The notes: generated by a model not told the origin, from the letters alone. Numbered from the stretch's first letter, positions 18,610 through 27,508 are shown. The stretch is DNA of 64,000 nt from an uncultured Candidatus Saccharibacteria bacterium (GCA_964406525.1 CAYOSC010000001.1:1174-65173), one strand, 5' to 3'. Numbers and translations are program-made.

Positions 18610-19926
18610 CTACTTTGCCGCTGAGGTCACGGTAACCTCCGTAGCATAAGTTCCAGCCGGTAGAGCGGGAGAGATGGAGATACCGACTTGATAAGTATGA
18701 ATCTTTTGGCTATCTACGCCATCAGTAATGGTTTCATCATAAGTTTTAGCTTCTTCGGTAATTGGATCATAAATACCAGTATCACCATTCCAGATCCCCC
18801 AAGCGTTATTGCCGGGTTGTACTGGATTAGTAGATGATACTGGAGAGATTTCTGCAGTAGTGACTTTAGGATCTTTGAGTGATGGTTCTACTGCACTGAG
18901 TAATACTTCATGTTCGCCATTACTAGTAACTTTCGCAATAATGGTGCCTTCAGTAATCCTATTAGTTTCAGCAGTATCACTCATACCAGAAGCGGCATCA
19001 ATAGTTATGACGGTGGGCATGATGACGTTGATATTGCTATCTTTACTCTCCTCCCACATGGGTTTTTCGATTTTCTCTAGCCCACCTAGAGCGATACACC
19101 GTACTGGTAAACCGCCGAGGCGACCGCTACTATACATGTCAACATTGTTACTGTCGAAGCCCAGACGGGAGGCATATTCGGAGTTATGCACCGTGCGCGA
19201 CCAGTATTCACCGTCGGAGCCCACACCGCCATTGCGGCCGTAAGTGACAGAGCCCGCATATGGGAACTTGTACTTATCGCTTCTAATCTTTGTAGAGCCA
19301 TCGGCATTATTGCCAATATTTGCCCTACTTAGCATATTCCTATATTCTGAGTCTGTTGGCAATCTCCAGTCTTTCGGACAAACACTGTTGCCATTGACGC
19401 CACCTACTTCTCCACTCGTGACGCTACTAGCAGCAGCGCCGGCCGTAGCCGCCGTGAAGGAATAGTATACGCCGTTAGTGCTAAATGTATTAGTATCATA
19501 ATATGATTCTGCTTTATAATAATCACTCGACGAGAAGTTTGTGCTACTAAGCGATGTGAGTGTCGTTGGCATAGACCAATCGCTAGAAACATTCGAATCG
19601 TTAGACTTCAAAGTCTTACCACCAGTTAATCTTAGGTTCTCTTGCATCCAACAATTTCCGTCTTCTAGTTTGACGATAGTGTAAGAATTAGGGTCACGAG
19701 AATCCTTAAGCGTCGCCGTATCACCAATGTCCGTGTTCGAGCAGATTTGCTGGGTCATTTCTTGCATATCAGAAATATCGTGAATGGTGCGAGAATCGCC
19801 GGCAGCATAGACTATGGAAGTTTCTGAGGAGGAATTAATAATAATTGTACTTCCCAAAAGTAAGACTCCAATACTAACAAAAGCAAACAAATATTTACTA
19901 TTATAAGGTTGATGTATTTTTAGCAT
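18610..19926 (-). CDS. Secreted FISUMP-domain protein (Fibrobacter succinogenes major paralogous domain, TIGR02145-like) with a C-terminal beta-rich domain
   Basis: MLKIHQ...FAFVSIGVLLLG signal sequence. Then LKDSRDPNSYTIVKLEDGNCWMQENL, YYSFTAATAG, VCPKDWRLPTDSEY, EYWSRT and LPVRCI. The ATG at 19926 follows AAAAGGAGGG. The ORF extension to 20058 runs through the leader structure. Confidence 0.75.
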   Translation of the reverse strand: MLKIHQPYNSKYLFAFVSIGVLLLGSTIIINSSSETSIVYAAGDSRTIHDISDMQEMTQQICSNTDIGDTATLKDSRDPNSYTIVKLEDGNCWMQENLRLTGGKTLKSNDSNVSSDWSMPTTLTSLSSTNFSSSDYYKAESYYDTNTFSTNGVYYSFTAATAGAAASSVTSGEVGGVNGNSVCPKDWRLPTDSEYRNMLSRANIGNNADGSTKIRSDKYKFPYAGSVTYGRNGGVGSDGEYWSRTVHNSEYASRLGFDSNNVDMYSSGRLGGLPVRCIALGGLEKIEKPMWEESKDSNINVIMPTVITIDAASGMSDTAETNRITEGTIIAKVTSNGEHEVLLSAVEPSLKDPKVTTAEISPVSSTNPVQPGNNAWGIWNGDTGIYDPITEEAKTYDETITDGVDSQKIHTYQVGISISPALPAGTYATEVTVTSAAK

Positions 19927-19968
19927 GGAGCCCTCCTTTTGGTCAAATATTTTGCCCTCGGAGGCTGT

Positions 19969-20102
19969 AACAAAAATGGCACCACGAGGGTGTACTAAAC
20001 CTATAAGTCCCTGCAAGATAAAGATGCCTGGACCACTCCTGGTGCCATTTTTTAGCATCTTTGTTTGATCTTGCAGCTTATTTTTGCTATAGATTTAGTA
20101 CA
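19969..20102 (-). promoter_or_regulatory. Structured 5' leader (motif copy 1) with helices A:A' and B:B', the latter followed by a U-run
   Basis: On the minus strand, A tgtactaaatc pairs with A' ggtttagtaca. B aaaaatggcaccaggag pairs with B' ccctcgtggtgccattttt. The architecture is the same as 46939..47090. Confidence 0.6.
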
Positions 20103-20107
20103 TCTTT

Positions 20108-20116
20108 ATTGTAACA
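20108..20116 (-). promoter_or_regulatory. Extended -10 promoter element (TGTTACAAT)
   Basis: Minus-strand tatgTTACAAT, immediately upstream of leader helix strand A. It aligns with TGGTACAAT at the paralogous locus. Confidence 0.45.
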
Positions 20117-20137
20117 TAGAAATAATGTGCTGTGCGC

Positions 20138-20165
20138 AAAAATACCTCCGCGCTGGAGGTATTTT
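20138..20165 (-). terminator. Rho-independent terminator after greA (bidirectional shape)
   Basis: aaaaatacctccgcgctggaggtatttt: stem acctcc/ggaggt flanked by A and T runs. Confidence 0.75.
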
Positions 20166-20185
20166 GTCAGTATTAATTGTGAAAC

Positions 20186-20629
20186 CTATTCGATCGATTT
20201 AATAGTGACTTTTTTGCCGTTAAAGGTGAAAGACTCGTCGACTTTGCGGCCGAGAAGTTCTTTACCGATCGGCGATTCGTGAGAGATCTTGCCTTCGAGC
20301 GGATTTGCTTCGACTGGGCCGACCATCGTGTAGGTGAACTTCTTACCGCCCATACTAATGGTGACGGTAGAACCGATATTAACTTTGTCGCTCTTGCGAG
20401 TGCGGATGAGGACGGCGTTCTTCAGAGTGTCTTGGATCTCGAGAATACGGTTTTCGACTTTGTTTTGCTCGGCGCGGGCGTCCGTATATTCTTGGTTCTC
20501 GGAGAGATCACCAAAAGCACGAGCGGTAGCGATACGCTCGGCGATCGCAGGGCGCTGCGCAATTAGTTCAGCTAATTCTTTTTCCAAATCGGCTTTTCCA
20601 GCCTTCGTGAGATTAATCGTCTTTTTCAT
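20186..20629 (-). CDS. greA: Transcription elongation factor GreA
   Basis: MKKTINLTKAGKADLEKEL.EL...RP coiled coil and a C-terminal FKBP-like domain. The ATG at 20629 follows GGGGAG. The ORF extension to 20791 overlaps proS. Confidence 0.9.
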   Translation of the reverse strand: MKKTINLTKAGKADLEKELAELIAQRPAIAERIATARAFGDLSENQEYTDARAEQNKVENRILEIQDTLKNAVLIRTRKSDKVNIGSTVTISMGGKKFTYTMVGPVEANPLEGKISHESPIGKELLGRKVDESFTFNGKKVTIKSIE

Positions 20630-20657
20630 AACTCCCCATAGTTTATTACGGTTTACA

Positions 20658-21896
20658 CTAAAAGTCAATATGGTTAAACGAAAATTCTTCGGCGCGATAA
20701 GTACGAGTTTCGCCAGTACTGCGCTTAGTGACTTCGATCTGATCTTGCTCGAGGTTACGGTCAGAGACGGTAATACGATACGGGAGGCCAATTAGCTCGC
20801 TATCGGCGAATTTCTCACCCGGGCGAACGTCACGATCATCAAAGAGAGTTTCGTCTTCGTGAGCATGATAGAGAGTATTCGCAAACTGCATTCCTTTATC
20901 GCCAATGCCGACAAGATAATATTTATACGGAGCGACTTGTTCAGGCCAGATGAGGCCCTTATCATCAGAAAACTTCTCGGCGATGACTCCCATCACACGC
21001 GAGATACCGATGCCATAGCAACCCATCAAGACGGGCTGACGACGACCATCTTTGTCGGTGAATTGTAGACCGAGCGGCTCAGAATATTTCGTCTTGAGGG
21101 TAAAGATATTGCCAACCTCAGCAGCTTTGGCAGACTGGAGCTCTTCGCGTTTGATATTAAATTCCGCGAGAACTTCGTCATTGAGGACTTCTTCATTCAA
21201 CACGATACTTTTGTCGGTGTTAAAATAAATTGTATCTTCACCGACGTCCGTCAAAGTCTGGAATTCGTGACTATACTTCGCGAAAACTCCACCACTAGCG
21301 AAGGTCTGGAAAGTATCAGCGCCGATCCCGAGGCGATCGTAAATATTCTTGTAAGCCTGCTCGACTTTGTGATAAAACACCTCGTGATCCGACTCAGTGG
21401 CAGAGAAGCTGTAGAGATCTTTCATGATAAACTCGCGCGTGCGCATGATACCCGATTTCGCGCGCAGTTCATTGCGAAACTTCGTCTGGATCTGGTAAGC
21501 GGCAACCGGAAGATCTTTATAGCTTGAAATATAAGTCTTCATGAGTTCGGTGATCGGCTCTTCGTGGGTCGGAGCGAGGCCGAGCTCGCCGCCGGCGGCA
21601 AGCTCAGTCTTAAACCAAATATCCATCTTTTTAATATCCCAACGGTCGGTCTTTTGCCACGGCTCGGGGTTTTGTAGAGAGGAGAGCAAGATTTCTTCAC
21701 AACCAATCTTGTTTAACTCAGCGCGAACGATATTTTTGATATTATCGAGGACGCGCAGCCCCAAGGGTAGATAGTCATAAATTCCAGCAAGCTCCTTGTG
21801 TACGAAGCCAGCGCGGCTGAGGTTTTGAGCGCCGCGGGCGGTCTCGTCTTTGGGCGCGGTGCGGAGAGTTTTGACAAAAGTTTTACTAAAACGCAT
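20658..21896 (-). CDS. proS: Prolyl-tRNA synthetase, bacterial-type N-terminus but short (no INS editing domain)
   Basis: 412 aa. MRFSKTF.KTLR..P.D......Q.L.RAGF N-terminus, class II core and anticodon-binding domain. It is ~150 aa shorter than INS-containing bacterial ProRS. Confidence 0.9.
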   Translation of the reverse strand: MRFSKTFVKTLRTAPKDETARGAQNLSRAGFVHKELAGIYDYLPLGLRVLDNIKNIVRAELNKIGCEEILLSSLQNPEPWQKTDRWDIKKMDIWFKTELAAGGELGLAPTHEEPITELMKTYISSYKDLPVAAYQIQTKFRNELRAKSGIMRTREFIMKDLYSFSATESDHEVFYHKVEQAYKNIYDRLGIGADTFQTFASGGVFAKYSHEFQTLTDVGEDTIYFNTDKSIVLNEEVLNDEVLAEFNIKREELQSAKAAEVGNIFTLKTKYSEPLGLQFTDKDGRRQPVLMGCYGIGISRVMGVIAEKFSDDKGLIWPEQVAPYKYYLVGIGDKGMQFANTLYHAHEDETLFDDRDVRPGEKFADSELIGLPYRITVSDRNLEQDQIEVTKRSTGETRTYRAEEFSFNHIDF

Positions 21897-21966
21897 AATA
21901 CCCTATATTATAGCACAGATTAAATATTGTGCTGTCGTATCGTGTAATTATCTTGACGAGCCTGGA

Positions 21967-22815
21967 CTAGATAGCGATATATAATAAATAGAAGGCGATG
22001 CCATTGCTCAAGATATGTAGGAGCATACCGCTCCAGATCGTGCCGGTGATCTCGCGGAGACCGCAGAGGATGACACTGAGTGCAAAAGTGCTGACACCGA
22101 CATTCCATTGGCCATGGAGTGTGGCGAATAATAATGACGTGAGAATGATGGAAACTGGAATATTCCATTTATCGCGAACCTTGCCATAGAGCCAGCCGCG
22201 CATGATGATTTCTTCGGCGATCGGCGCGATAAAGACAATGGCGAGCATAGCGATAATGCGGTCGGCATCGGTAATGAAGTAACTGAAACCGACGTCTTGC
22301 GCTTGGTCGACGTTAAACCAAGCAAAACCGCTCATAATCGTAGTCAGTACGGTCGCCAGGACGCTATACAATATATATCCGACTGGAGCGAGGCCGATAT
22401 CGACGAAAGTGGGAGGATGTTGCATACCGATAGAAGTCGGGGTAGTTTGGAGCTCCGATTCGAGCTGCTTGGCGAGTCGGGGGTGCTTCTTGCTGCTGTG
22501 CTTATGGTAGCTATCCACGAGCTTAGGCGGGACCAAGATTACCATAGTCAGAGTCAACGCATAAGTAATAATATAATAGACGAGTGTCCAAATCGGCTTC
22601 TGTAAATCAGTGCCGAGGATCCAGGCCATTGGAATCGCGACGACGTATTGACAAGCAATCGTAGAGAGGAGCGCCCAGGCGAGAACGAAGATCGTGAAGA
22701 GGACTTTCGCCTTGGTGATTTTATGCGGACGAGAGGATGAGGGCTTCGGGGTAGCATCCGAAGTATTGTTCTCTGGCTTTGATGTGTTTTGAGCGGTAGT
22801 TTTTGCCATCTGCAA
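21967..22815 (-). CDS. CPBP-family intramembrane glutamic endopeptidase (CAAX protease/Abi)
   Basis: 282 aa. EEIIMRGWLY, FATLHG and LLHILSNG motifs in TM helices. Confidence 0.8.
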   Translation of the reverse strand: MQMAKTTAQNTSKPENNTSDATPKPSSSRPHKITKAKVLFTIFVLAWALLSTIACQYVVAIPMAWILGTDLQKPIWTLVYYIITYALTLTMVILVPPKLVDSYHKHSSKKHPRLAKQLESELQTTPTSIGMQHPPTFVDIGLAPVGYILYSVLATVLTTIMSGFAWFNVDQAQDVGFSYFITDADRIIAMLAIVFIAPIAEEIIMRGWLYGKVRDKWNIPVSIILTSLLFATLHGQWNVGVSTFALSVILCGLREITGTIWSGMLLHILSNGIAFYLLYIAI

Positions 22816-22818
22816 TAC

Positions 22819-24042
22819 CTAGAACAATTTAACAATATCCAAAGCTGTAATGATAACAATTAGAGCGAGCAAGACCATAAAAGCGCGCGAGACGATCTTT
22901 TCTTCGATTTCTTTGGTGAGTTCTTTGTGGCGAAGCTTGAAGATGGCGTAGAGAAGCCATTTGCCGCCATCGAGAGCCGGAATCGGCAAAACATTCATAC
23001 AGGCGAGGGAGACGGAAATCAGTGCGGCGAGAAAAGTTAGATTAGAAATGCCAGCATTCGCAAAGGCTGGGAAGATGACACCTATAATCCCGACTGGGCC
23101 AGATACAGACTCGCCAGCGGCGCCAATATCAGTACGGCCAGCCTCGCGGACTTCGTCATTGAAGCTAAACTGGCGCGCGACGCCTGAGACGAGATTCCAG
23201 ACGAGCTGACCGAGGCTCTTGAAAGTCTCGCCAGTGAGCTGTACAGTGAGACCAGCGCCAACGATCGGCGCAGACCAGGTCGAGCGGACGAAGACTTGGC
23301 CATAGCCGGCCATTTGGACACCGAGGACGTATTCGGAGCCAGATGGATTGAGCTGGGCGGTAAGTTCTTTCTCCTCCTCGCCGCGTTTGATGAGATACTT
23401 TGCTTCCCTACCGGCGTACGTATTACCATAGGAGGTGACGTCAGCGGCAGTGCGGACTTCGGTATCACCAGCCCTCAGAATAACATCATCTTTTTGGAAG
23501 CCAGCTTTAGCAGCAGGAGAATCTTCCATGACGTTCTCGACGACGATACTAGAGCCGGTGAATTCTTCGTGAGCGTCGCTCTTGATCTGGAATTGATTCT
23601 CGAGGAATTGCGGCATACCGGTCCAGGCTAGAATCGTCAACAGTACGAAGGCGACTAGCCAGTTCATTAAGACGCCGCCGAAGAGAATCTTAGTCTTCGC
23701 CCAGAAACTAGCTGCACCAAAAGTACCTTTGCGCTTGTCAGCGGCTGATTCCCCATCCATGGCGCAGAAACCACCGATCGGTAGCCAGTTGATGCTAAAA
23801 ATTAAGCTATCTTGCTTTTTCTCCCATTCGGACTTTGGGATGCGAACCCACTTGGTCTTTTTCTGCCCGTCGACTTCGACTTCTTTCTTCACCCAGGCGA
23901 TCGCACGGGGCGGAAAACCGATGCCGAACTCATTAACCTTCACGCCGTTGCGACGAGCCATAATAAAATGGCCAAATTCGTGAGCGACCACTAGGAACAT
24001 TAGAATTAGTAAGCCAACAATAATCCCAAACACAATACTCAT
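22819..24042 (-). CDS. rseP: RIP (site-2) zinc metalloprotease RseP/M50
   Basis: HEFGHF (HExxH), a PDZ region and MNVLPIPALDGG. The Met at 24042 fits the family N-terminus. The ORF extends to 24087. Confidence 0.85.
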   Translation of the reverse strand: MSIVFGIIVGLLILMFLVVAHEFGHFIMARRNGVKVNEFGIGFPPRAIAWVKKEVEVDGQKKTKWVRIPKSEWEKKQDSLIFSINWLPIGGFCAMDGESAADKRKGTFGAASFWAKTKILFGGVLMNWLVAFVLLTILAWTGMPQFLENQFQIKSDAHEEFTGSSIVVENVMEDSPAAKAGFQKDDVILRAGDTEVRTAADVTSYGNTYAGREAKYLIKRGEEEKELTAQLNPSGSEYVLGVQMAGYGQVFVRSTWSAPIVGAGLTVQLTGETFKSLGQLVWNLVSGVARQFSFNDEVREAGRTDIGAAGESVSGPVGIIGVIFPAFANAGISNLTFLAALISVSLACMNVLPIPALDGGKWLLYAIFKLRHKELTKEIEEKIVSRAFMVLLALIVIITALDIVKLF

Positions 24043-24089
24043 ATTTATTATTCTATCACAGAATATAATATATATGCTAAACTTCACTT

Positions 24090-24116
24090 AAAATAGCCAC
24101 GCGAAGTGGCCATTTT
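24090..24116 (-). terminator. Hairpin terminator between uppS and rseP
   Basis: Stem gccac/gtggc with flanking A/T runs (aaaatagccacgcgaagtggccatttt). Confidence 0.45.
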
Positions 24117-24128
24117 AAGAATTGTTTA

Positions 24129-24809
24129 TTATTTTCCGAACCGGCGTTGTCGCTTATTAAATTCGTCAAGAATAAATTGAATGTCAGCTGACTCGAGGGC
24201 GGGAAAATATTTATCAAGAAAGAGAAGTTCGGCATAGCTAGCACGCCAGAGTTGAAAACCAGAGAGACGCTCTTCACCGCTTGTCCGGACGATGAGGTCG
24301 CAATCAGGAACTTCTGGATGATAAAGATATTTGCGAAAGGTCTCAGGAGTGAACTCAGCCTCGCCAGCAGCAAGCATCTTCGCAGCAGCGTCAGCAATTT
24401 CCCAGTGACCACCGTAATTAAAACAGAAACAGACTGTGAGCTGATCGCCAGCTTGAGTCTGAGCCTCGACATCCATGAGCTTTCGCCAGAGTTCCGGATT
24501 AACTGGCTCGGGGCGGCCCAGGATGACGATACGAATACCAGATTTGATGGCTTTCTTGGCCAGCTGAGTGATCTTAGAGCTAACTAGCTGCATGAGATAA
24601 GTTACTTCCTCGGGCGAGCGGTCCCAATTCTCAGTACTGAAAAGATAGAAGGAAACAAACTTAACATCCGTATGCAAGAGCGCGTCGACAATCATGTCGA
24701 ATTTGTCAGCACCCTTTTGATGGCCTGCCAAAGTGGGGAGGCCACGTTCCCTGGCCCAGCGACGGTTGCCGTCGGGGATGAAACCAATATGTGTAAGCTG
24801 GCTAGACAT
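24129..24809 (-). CDS. uppS: Isoprenyl transferase (undecaprenyl diphosphate synthase)
   Basis: 226 aa. HIGFIPDGNRRWA and IVRTSGEERLSGFQLW motifs. Confidence 0.95.
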   Translation of the reverse strand: MSSQLTHIGFIPDGNRRWARERGLPTLAGHQKGADKFDMIVDALLHTDVKFVSFYLFSTENWDRSPEEVTYLMQLVSSKITQLAKKAIKSGIRIVILGRPEPVNPELWRKLMDVEAQTQAGDQLTVCFCFNYGGHWEIADAAAKMLAAGEAEFTPETFRKYLYHPEVPDCDLIVRTSGEERLSGFQLWRASYAELLFLDKYFPALESADIQFILDEFNKRQRRFGK

Positions 24810-25351
24810 TAGATAGTCATGATCTCCGCAGATTTGGCCTTGAAAGCGGCGTCGATCTTGTCGGTGAACTCTTTGGTAAGTTCGTCAATATCTTTCTCGG
24901 CGCGTTTCTTGATATCTTCGGGCAACTCAGCGGCTTTGAGCTCTTTGCGAGCATCTTCGCGAATATTGCGAATCGCGACCTTAGCATCTTCGACTTTGCT
25001 AGAGGCATTCTTGACGATTTCTTTGCGACGCTCCTCAGTGAGTGGCGGAACTGGCACGCGTACGACTCGGCCATCATCGGACGGATTCAGTCCAAGAGTA
25101 GCATCGTTGCGAATCGCAGCCGCGATCGCTTGGATAGTACTAGGATCAAACGGCGTAACTTGTAGCAAAGTAGCGTCAACGGCGGTTATATTAGCGACTT
25201 GATTGAGCGGAGAAAACTGCCCGTAGACTTCAGCTTTGACACTCGCTAGCATATCGGGATGAGCACGACCAGTGCGGACTTTTTTCATTTGCTCATCGAA
25301 ATGCGTGACCGCGGCTTCCATGGCAGTGCGATATTCAGTACTATCAAACAT
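24809..25351 (-). CDS. frr: Ribosome recycling factor
   Basis: 180 aa. ...KVRTGRAHP.ML..V.V..YG... and ..PPLTEERRKE..K. are typical. Confidence 0.95.
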   Translation of the reverse strand: MFDSTEYRTAMEAAVTHFDEQMKKVRTGRAHPDMLASVKAEVYGQFSPLNQVANITAVDATLLQVTPFDPSTIQAIAAAIRNDATLGLNPSDDGRVVRVPVPPLTEERRKEIVKNASSKVEDAKVAIRNIREDARKELKAAELPEDIKKRAEKDIDELTKEFTDKIDAAFKAKSAEIMTI

Positions 25352-25403
25352 ATATAATATATTCTCCTAAATAAATTTCTGTTGCAGCATGGGCTGCTTA
25401 AGC

Positions 25404-25439
25404 AAAATTCGCCTCACCAAGAGCGAGGCGAATCGTTTT
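25404..25439 (-). terminator. Rho-independent terminator after tsf
   Basis: Stem attcgcctc/gaggcgaat, followed on the minus strand by TTTT. Confidence 0.7.
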
Positions 25440-25441
25440 AG

Positions 25442-26065
25442 CTATTCGGTAACGCCAAGCTCGAGACGTTTGAACTGGCGGACGGTGATATTTTCACCGG
25501 TCTTAGCGATCGCTTCTTTGATAAACTGAGCAACGGTCATGCTATCATCCAAGATGTATGGCTGTTCCATCAAGACTTTATCAGAGAAAGCTTTCTTAAT
25601 CTGACCGTCGATGATCTGGTCTTTCATATTCTCTGGACCTTTGAAGTTCGCTTCGAGCTCTTTTTTCTTGGCATCCATGACGTCAGTAGGGATGTCCTCG
25701 AGGCTGACGTAGAGCGGGCTCATCGAGGCGACTTGCATCGCGAGCTTGTGAGCGAGATCTTTGAACTCATCAGTCTTCGCGACGAACTCGGTCTCACAGT
25801 TAACTTCGATAATCGCTCCGAGGCGACCGTCGTGGACGTAGGCATCAATAGTCCCCTCACGAGTCTCACGATCACCACGTTTTTCGGCCTTGGTCATACC
25901 TTTTTTGCGCATAGCATCGAGAGCTTTGTCGAAATCACCCTTTGCTTCGACGAGGGCCTGCTTCGCATCGGTCAAACCGACACCAGAGAGCTCTTTTAGT
26001 TTTTTGATTAAGTCAATGGTGATTGCCTTGGCTTCGCCGGCTTTCTCCTTGAATTCTTGACTCAT
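25442..26065 (-). CDS. tsf: Elongation factor Ts (short form)
   Basis: 207 aa. UBA-like N-terminus (LIKKLKELSGVGLTDAKQALVEAKGDFDKALDAMRKKG) and an EF-Ts core. Confidence 0.9.
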   Translation of the reverse strand: MSQEFKEKAGEAKAITIDLIKKLKELSGVGLTDAKQALVEAKGDFDKALDAMRKKGMTKAEKRGDRETREGTIDAYVHDGRLGAIIEVNCETEFVAKTDEFKDLAHKLAMQVASMSPLYVSLEDIPTDVMDAKKKELEANFKGPENMKDQIIDGQIKKAFSDKVLMEQPYILDDSMTVAQFIKEAIAKTGENITVRQFKRLELGVTE

Positions 26066-26136
26066 GATTCCTCCTTTGTTTTAAGAAACTTGTTCGATAG
26101 AGGCAGCTCGAGTCTGCCTAGTAGTATCGCTCGGGA

Positions 26137-26841
26137 TTATTCCTGCTTGCCTTCGCCGGCTTTGATCGCGGCTACGAAGTAGTCGAGCAACAGCTGGACG
26201 GACTTGATAGCGTCGTCATTAGCTGGGATGACGTAACTAATGTCGGTAGGATCGACGTTGGTATCGGTGATAGCGAAGACTGGAATATTGAGAGCCTTGG
26301 CTTCTTTGATTGCGTTCTTGTCTTGGCAAGCGTCGACCACGATGATAGCGGCTGGCTGCTCGGTCATTTCCTTAACGCCGCCGTAGCGTTCGTTAAGAGT
26401 GTCAATCTCTTCTTGATAGCGCTGGACTTCGAGCTTCGAGTAGCGAGCTTCGAGCTCACCAGAAGCCATGCGACGCTCGAGATCTTTGAGCTTCTTGATC
26501 TGCTTATTGACAGTCTCGACGTTGGTCAAGATGCCACCAACCCAGCGGACGGTCACATATGGCATATTGACGGATTCGGCAGCTTCCTTAGTAATATCTT
26601 TGAGCTGCTTCTTGGTGCCGACGAAGAGGATTTTCTTGCCGCTGGCGGCAATCTTAGTAAGTTCTGGCAAAGCCTTCTCGAGAGCCTCGACAGTCTTCTC
26701 AAGGTTGATAATGTGGCCACCCTGGCGCTTGCTGTGAATGAATGGCGCCATCTTTGGATGCCAGCGGCTGGTCTTGTGGCCAAAGTGCGCGCCAGCTTCG
26801 AGCAAAGCTTTCATATCGATATTTTTAGGATCGACAGTCAT
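26137..26841 (-). CDS. rpsB: 30S ribosomal protein S2
   Basis: 234 aa. LLEAGAHFGH...RW.PKM..FI and ILFVGTKKQ motifs. Confidence 0.95.
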   Translation of the reverse strand: MTVDPKNIDMKALLEAGAHFGHKTSRWHPKMAPFIHSKRQGGHIINLEKTVEALEKALPELTKIAASGKKILFVGTKKQLKDITKEAAESVNMPYVTVRWVGGILTNVETVNKQIKKLKDLERRMASGELEARYSKLEVQRYQEEIDTLNERYGGVKEMTEQPAAIIVVDACQDKNAIKEAKALNIPVFAITDTNVDPTDISYVIPANDDAIKSVQLLLDYFVAAIKAGEGKQE

Positions 26842-26991
26842 TTGGTATTCCTTTCTCTTAGACTATGGGGTCGATATAAAATTATATCAGGAAACCTCCC
26901 ATAGCTGTTTCATTTGATATATTATGAGTTAATTATAATCTACTGGGCGGAAAAAGTCAAGCTAGAGAGTGTGCAATCTGAGAAAACAGGG

Positions 26992-27020
26992 TTTACAGTT
27001 CTAGAAAACTTTGATATAAT
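26992..27020 (+). promoter_or_regulatory. Sigma-70-type promoter (TTTACA-N17-TATAAT) for rpmE2
   Basis: The -10 ends 11 nt before the ATG at 27032 and no SD lies in between. This implies a very short or absent leader. Confidence 0.6.
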
Positions 27021-27031
27021 TAGCCCTAGTT

Positions 27032-27373
27032 ATGAGTAAAAAAGTTACACAACCGCAAGATTATCGCTATGTTGTCTTTGTGGATGAGGCGGCGAACTAC
27101 AAGTTCTTGACTCGTTCAATGGCTCAGAGCGAGGAAACCATCAAGTGGGAAGATGGCAATGAATATCCGATGATTAAGGTTCAGATTTCTTCCGCTTCGC
27201 ATCCTTTCTTTACTGGTGAAGAGAAGATTATCGATACCGAAGGTCGCGTTGACCGCTTCAAGGCTCGTGCAGAGCGCGCCGCTAAGCTTCGTGCTACGCT
27301 TGGTAATAAGACCAAGAAGGCTGAAAAAGAGGCTGAGAAGAAAGCAGCCAAGGCTGAAGCTGCTACGAAATAA
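27032..27373 (+). CDS. rpmE2: 50S ribosomal protein L31, type B (no CxxC zinc site), with a Lys/Ala/Glu-rich C-terminal extension
   Basis: 113 aa. ...YRYVVF.D......FLTRS and [10 protein letters not shown]....[10 protein letters not shown] motifs. No cysteines. Confidence 0.85.
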   Translation: MSKKVTQPQDYRYVVFVDEAANYKFLTRSMAQSEETIKWEDGNEYPMIKVQISSASHPFFTGEEKIIDTEGRVDRFKARAERAAKLRATLGNKTKKAEKEAEKKAAKAEAATK

Positions 27374-27385
27374 TCTAGGCAGGAG

Positions 27386-27415
27386 AAATCCCGATCAAAA
27401 TGGTCGGGATTTTTG
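27386..27415 (+). terminator. Rho-independent terminator after rpmE2
   Basis: aaatcccgatcaaaatggtcgggattttt: stem atcccga/tcgggat plus a T-run. Confidence 0.75.
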
Positions 27416-27485
27416 ATGTGATGATGCAGAGTTTAACTGCTGATTTTCTAATCTTAGTCTGGGATTTGAATCTAATAAAAGGAAT

Positions 27486-27508
27486 GGCGGCCCGAAGGCC
27501 GCCGTTTT
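27486..27508. terminator. GC-rich hairpin terminator (bidirectional shape)
   Basis: ggcggcc-cgaa-ggccgcc, followed by gtttt on + and ttcctttt on -. It probably ends the 27849..27664 transcription unit. Confidence 0.6.
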
